NCBI GenBank assembly: GCA_030019025.1
Contig: JASEFR010000010.1
Span: 1-56,067 of the forward strand
Direction: 5' to 3'
Source: a bacterium
GTDB lineage: Bacteria > Hydrothermota > Hydrothermia > UBA1063
DNA length: 56,067 bases
Positions 53,247 through 56,067 of the stretch are shown here, in pieces. The notes under the pieces are model-generated. The model ran no database searches. It was not told the origin of the DNA and was given only the letters and a program-made list of their open reading frames with translations. A program made the translations under genes and the position numbers. The number at the start of each line of letters is the position of its first letter. The stretch's first letter is position 1.

Positions 53247-56067
53247 TTGTTAAAATTTCTGTTATTATCTCTCCTAACAACAAGGGCATACATTTACCCC
53301 GCCCTCGGGGAAAAACTCTTCAAAGCCTCACCAAATGAATACATCGAAGCTATTGTCCACCTCAAAGCAAAACCTGACTATCACGCAATGAAAGGACTAA
53401 CTCCAGCACAATACGTTGAAGTATTGAAAACCTTCTCAATGGAGTCCCAAAGAGATATTCTCAATTCTCTTGAGCAAAACTTCAGCGAAAAGATCAAAAC
53501 CTTACAGCCCTACTGGATTTTCAACGGTTTCTACGTTGAAGCCAAAAAAGAGGTTATTGAGTGGATTGCCCAAAGGGATGACGTGGAGTATCTAATTGAC
53601 AATTTTACCATTACCTTAGAAAAGGTTAAAACATCTGATAAAAATGCAAGCACAAAATCCCCTACATGGAACATTACGAAAGTAAAAGCAGACTCGTGCT
53701 GGCAAGCCGGCTATGACGGAAGTGGAATTATAGTAGGAATAATGGATACCGGCGTTGATCCTACCCACCCTGCCCTCTCCGGGAAGTTCTATGGATACTG
53801 GTACGACGCGGTAAACGGACAGTCACAACCCTACGATGACCATGGCCACGGAACCCATTGTACGGGAACAATCCTTGGTGGAGACGGCCTTGGATCATTC
53901 ACAAACGACATCGGAGTAGCACCAGGTGCAAAATTCGTTTCTTGTAAAATTTTTGATTCACAGGGAAGTGCAACTGCCACGTGGCTTCATAACGGTTTTC
54001 AAAAGATAGCGGAGTGGAAATCACAAGGTGTAGATATTCGGGTGGTTTCCAACTCCTGGGGTTCCACAGATATAACAAACACTGAGTATTGGAATGATGT
54101 CTTAAACTGGAGGAACCTGGAGATAATACCGGTTTTTGCCGCAGGTAACAATGGTCCAAACTCTGGCACGATAAATACACCGGGATCATTTCCTAATGTA
54201 ATAGCTGTTGGTGCTACAGACAACAATGACAACATAGCCAATTTCTCCTGTAGGGGGCCTGCTCCCAATCAGGACCCATGGAATAATACAGCCTACTGGC
54301 CACGGAGCGACTGGAATTTTGTAAAACCCAACATCTCCGCGCCCGGTGTAGGTGTACCATCATCAGTCCCGGGCGGAGGATACGAGTCCTGGGACGGCAC
54401 ATCAATGGCTACACCTCATGTGGCAGGTGCGGTGGCCATACTCCTGCAGAAAAACCCAAATCTTGACTTTAACACCGTCTATTCCCTTCTCTTAGATTAT
54501 GCAAGCCAACCTTCACAGGGTGCTCCCTATCCCAATAACGACTACGGTTGGGGAGTTCTGGACGTTTATCAGGCGCTTATAAATACCCCCTCACCTGACC
54601 AGCCTTCCATCGTCTTTTTAAACTACTCTTTTGCTGATCAAAATGAAAATTCAATCTGGGATGCTGGGGAAACAATTTATATCACCGTAACTGTTAAAAA
54701 CAACGGGGTAGATGCGTCCAATGTGCAGGGTACCCTTACTACAAATTCCGGTTATGCCTCCATCAGCGATGGAACAACCCTCTTTGGAGACATCTCCACC
54801 AGCGGGACAGCTGACAATGGAAGCGATCCATTCGTCGTCACTTCAGATCCCGCTACTCCCAGCGGAACGGATGTCAATTTCAACCTTAACATTACCTGCG
54901 ATGGGGGGTATACCTGGAACTACAACTTCTCCATCACTGTCGGCATTCCTGGAGTGGATTATGCAGACCATTCTCCGGGAAACATAGTTTTGACAATAAC
55001 AAAATACGGTACACTGGGATATATGAGTTCAGACCAGAACCAAGGTTCCGGGTGTAAATACCCATCATCTTCAGATTCCCACCTATTTTACGGTTCCTTT
55101 GCAGTAGGAACCCAACTCCCTTACGTCATAGATAGGTACTATGAATCAAGTTCCGGTGACGATGACGATTGGGTTACAACAACAGAGCCCGATGGGCGAG
55201 TCTTCAAGTATAGTCCTTACCCGCCCTATTATGAATATTCCCAGGCGATCTTCACCGATGCAGGTGGTGAAGAGTCTAAGGGACTATGGGTATATCAGAG
55301 AGGACACACCTTTAACGACGGTGTTGCTCCAAACTATGTAATCCTTGAATACACGTTGTACAATTCCTCCCCAAACCCGATAAATGGCCTTTATGCAGGA
55401 CTCTTTACAGACTGGGATATTGTTGATTATAGCTCTAACGCGGGGGGTACTAACGCCACGAGAAACCTTGTTTACCTCTACTATTCTTCAACTTTCATGG
55501 GTACCGCAATCCTCAATCCATCCAGAGAACAAACAGATTTAATAGCAAATTATTCAGTAATTGACAACGAAAATTATGTTTATCCTTATAATGGACTCCC
55601 TGATAATATTCAGATTAACTTCCTTAATGGCACCTATAGAACTACATCAACCGACAGAAATGCTGACTGGTCTTCAATGGTGTCAGCGGGTCCCTTTAAC
55701 ATCGCACCCTACGATTCAGTAAAAGTTGCTTTTGTTGTAGCAGGAGCAGGATCGTATACAAACTTGCAATCTTATATTGACGATGCCTACGCAAGGTACT
55801 GGGGCACGGTGGTAAATGCTGGCGAAGAGGTGAAGAAGCCAAGCATAACGATTCCAGCTATAGCCAGAACCACTCTTGAACTTTTAACTGGTAAAAATGA
55901 AGGCGAGGTTAGGATACTGGTCTACGATGCAAAGGGTGCACTGGTAAAGGGAGAAACACGCGTTCCTGTAAATGGAATTGTCAAGGTGAATTTCTCGGGA
56001 CTTCCTGCCGGCCTTTACTTGGTTCAAGTTGAAGGGGAGAATTTCAATAGAACTTCAAAGGTGATTT
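53247..56067 (+). CDS. Subtilisin-like (S8) serine protease with a T9SS C-terminal domain; 3-prime end runs off the window
   Basis: Not in the ORF track because no stop occurs before the window end. TTG 53247 lies 7 nt after GGAGG; the GTG at 53244 is an alternative. The catalytic triad blocks MDTGVD (53742), HGHGTHC (53841) and GTSMATPH (54396) were checked to be in one frame. The terminal LVYDAKGALV...GLYLVQVEGENF resembles a sorting domain. Confidence 0.85.
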   Translation, partial: MLKFLLLSLLTTRAYIYPALGEKLFKASPNEYIEAIVHLKAKPDYHAMKGLTPAQYVEVLKTFSMESQRDILNSLEQNFSEKIKTLQPYWIFNGFYVEAKKEVIEWIAQRDDVEYLIDNFTITLEKVKTSDKNASTKSPTWNITKVKADSCWQAGYDGSGIIVGIMDTGVDPTHPALSGKFYGYWYDAVNGQSQPYDDHGHGTHCTGTILGGDGLGSFTNDIGVAPGAKFVSCKIFDSQGSATATWLHNGFQKIAEWKSQGVDIRVVSNSWGSTDITNTEYWNDVLNWRNLEIIPVFAAGNNGPNSGTINTPGSFPNVIAVGATDNNDNIANFSCRGPAPNQDPWNNTAYWPRSDWNFVKPNISAPGVGVPSSVPGGGYESWDGTSMATPHVAGAVAILLQKNPNLDFNTVYSLLLDYASQPSQGAPYPNNDYGWGVLDVYQALINTPSPDQPSIVFLNYSFADQNENSIWDAGETIYITVTVKNNGVDASNVQGTLTTNSGYASISDGTTLFGDISTSGTADNGSDPFVVTSDPATPSGTDVNFNLNITCDGGYTWNYNFSITVGIPGVDYADHSPGNIVLTITKYGTLGYMSSDQNQGSGCKYPSSSDSHLFYGSFAVGTQLPYVIDRYYESSSGDDDDWVTTTEPDGRVFKYSPYPPYYEYSQAIFTDAGGEESKGLWVYQRGHTFNDGVAPNYVILEYTLYNSSPNPINGLYAGLFTDWDIVDYSSNAGGTNATRNLVYLYYSSTFMGTAILNPSREQTDLIANYSVIDNENYVYPYNGLPDNIQINFLNGTYRTTSTDRNADWSSMVSAGPFNIAPYDSVKVAFVVAGAGSYTNLQSYIDDAYARYWGTVVNAGEEVKKPSITIPAIARTTLELLTGKNEGEVRILVYDAKGALVKGETRVPVNGIVKVNFSGLPAGLYLVQVEGENFNRTSKVI

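Noticed and set aside
53899-54405. Three minus-strand ORFs (53899..54189, 53999..54268, 54214..54405), plus the plus-strand ORFs 54712..54987 and 55141..55341
   Set aside because: All lie within the long open frame of the S8 protease, whose catalytic motifs are in a single consistent frame.

Overview
AT-rich, gene-dense chromosomal segment with about 55 protein genes, short intergenic gaps and frequent 4-14 nt gene overlaps. It comes from a diderm bacterium. LPS and outer-membrane genes (lpxK, an LptF/G-type permease, an OmpA-family protein, several beta-barrels) plus two secreted proteins with type IX secretion C-terminal sorting domains suggest an FCB-superphylum-like, probably uncultured lineage; I cannot name the organism. 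Most content is housekeeping: peroxiredoxin, tRNA-Ala(UGC), dxr, tgt, an ECF sigma/anti-sigma pair, ndk, 2-oxoacid:ferredoxin oxidoreductase subunits, a MoxR ATPase, a dGTPase-like HD protein, accD, pyrF, mtnA, cysE-cysK, an AsnRS-like asparagine synthetase, a decayed glnA pseudogene, a TPP-riboswitch-controlled thiC-thiM-thi4-thiE operon, a mannose-1-P guanylyltransferase and a plsY fusion. The stand-out lies at the left end (1..5509, minus strand). There, a radical SAM/SPASM maturase, an ABC exporter and a DUF5916-like outer-membrane protein are bracketed by three 34-41 aa ORFs that fall below the ORF-track cut-off. These ORFs share an M-[KR]-x-I-N start and an invariant C-G-C-F-L-[TV]-x-C core. 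This is a RiPP-like system I cannot assign to a described class. Other notable items are: (1) an Asn-codon-rich, apparently leaderless leader peptide plus hairpin in front of the asparagine synthetase gene; (2) a recurrent leaderless promoter geometry with the -10 box 6-8 nt before ATG; (3) two adjacent genes that appear to initiate at ATT; (4) a large signal-less parallel beta-helix repeat protein. No rRNA, CRISPR array, transposase or integrase was seen.
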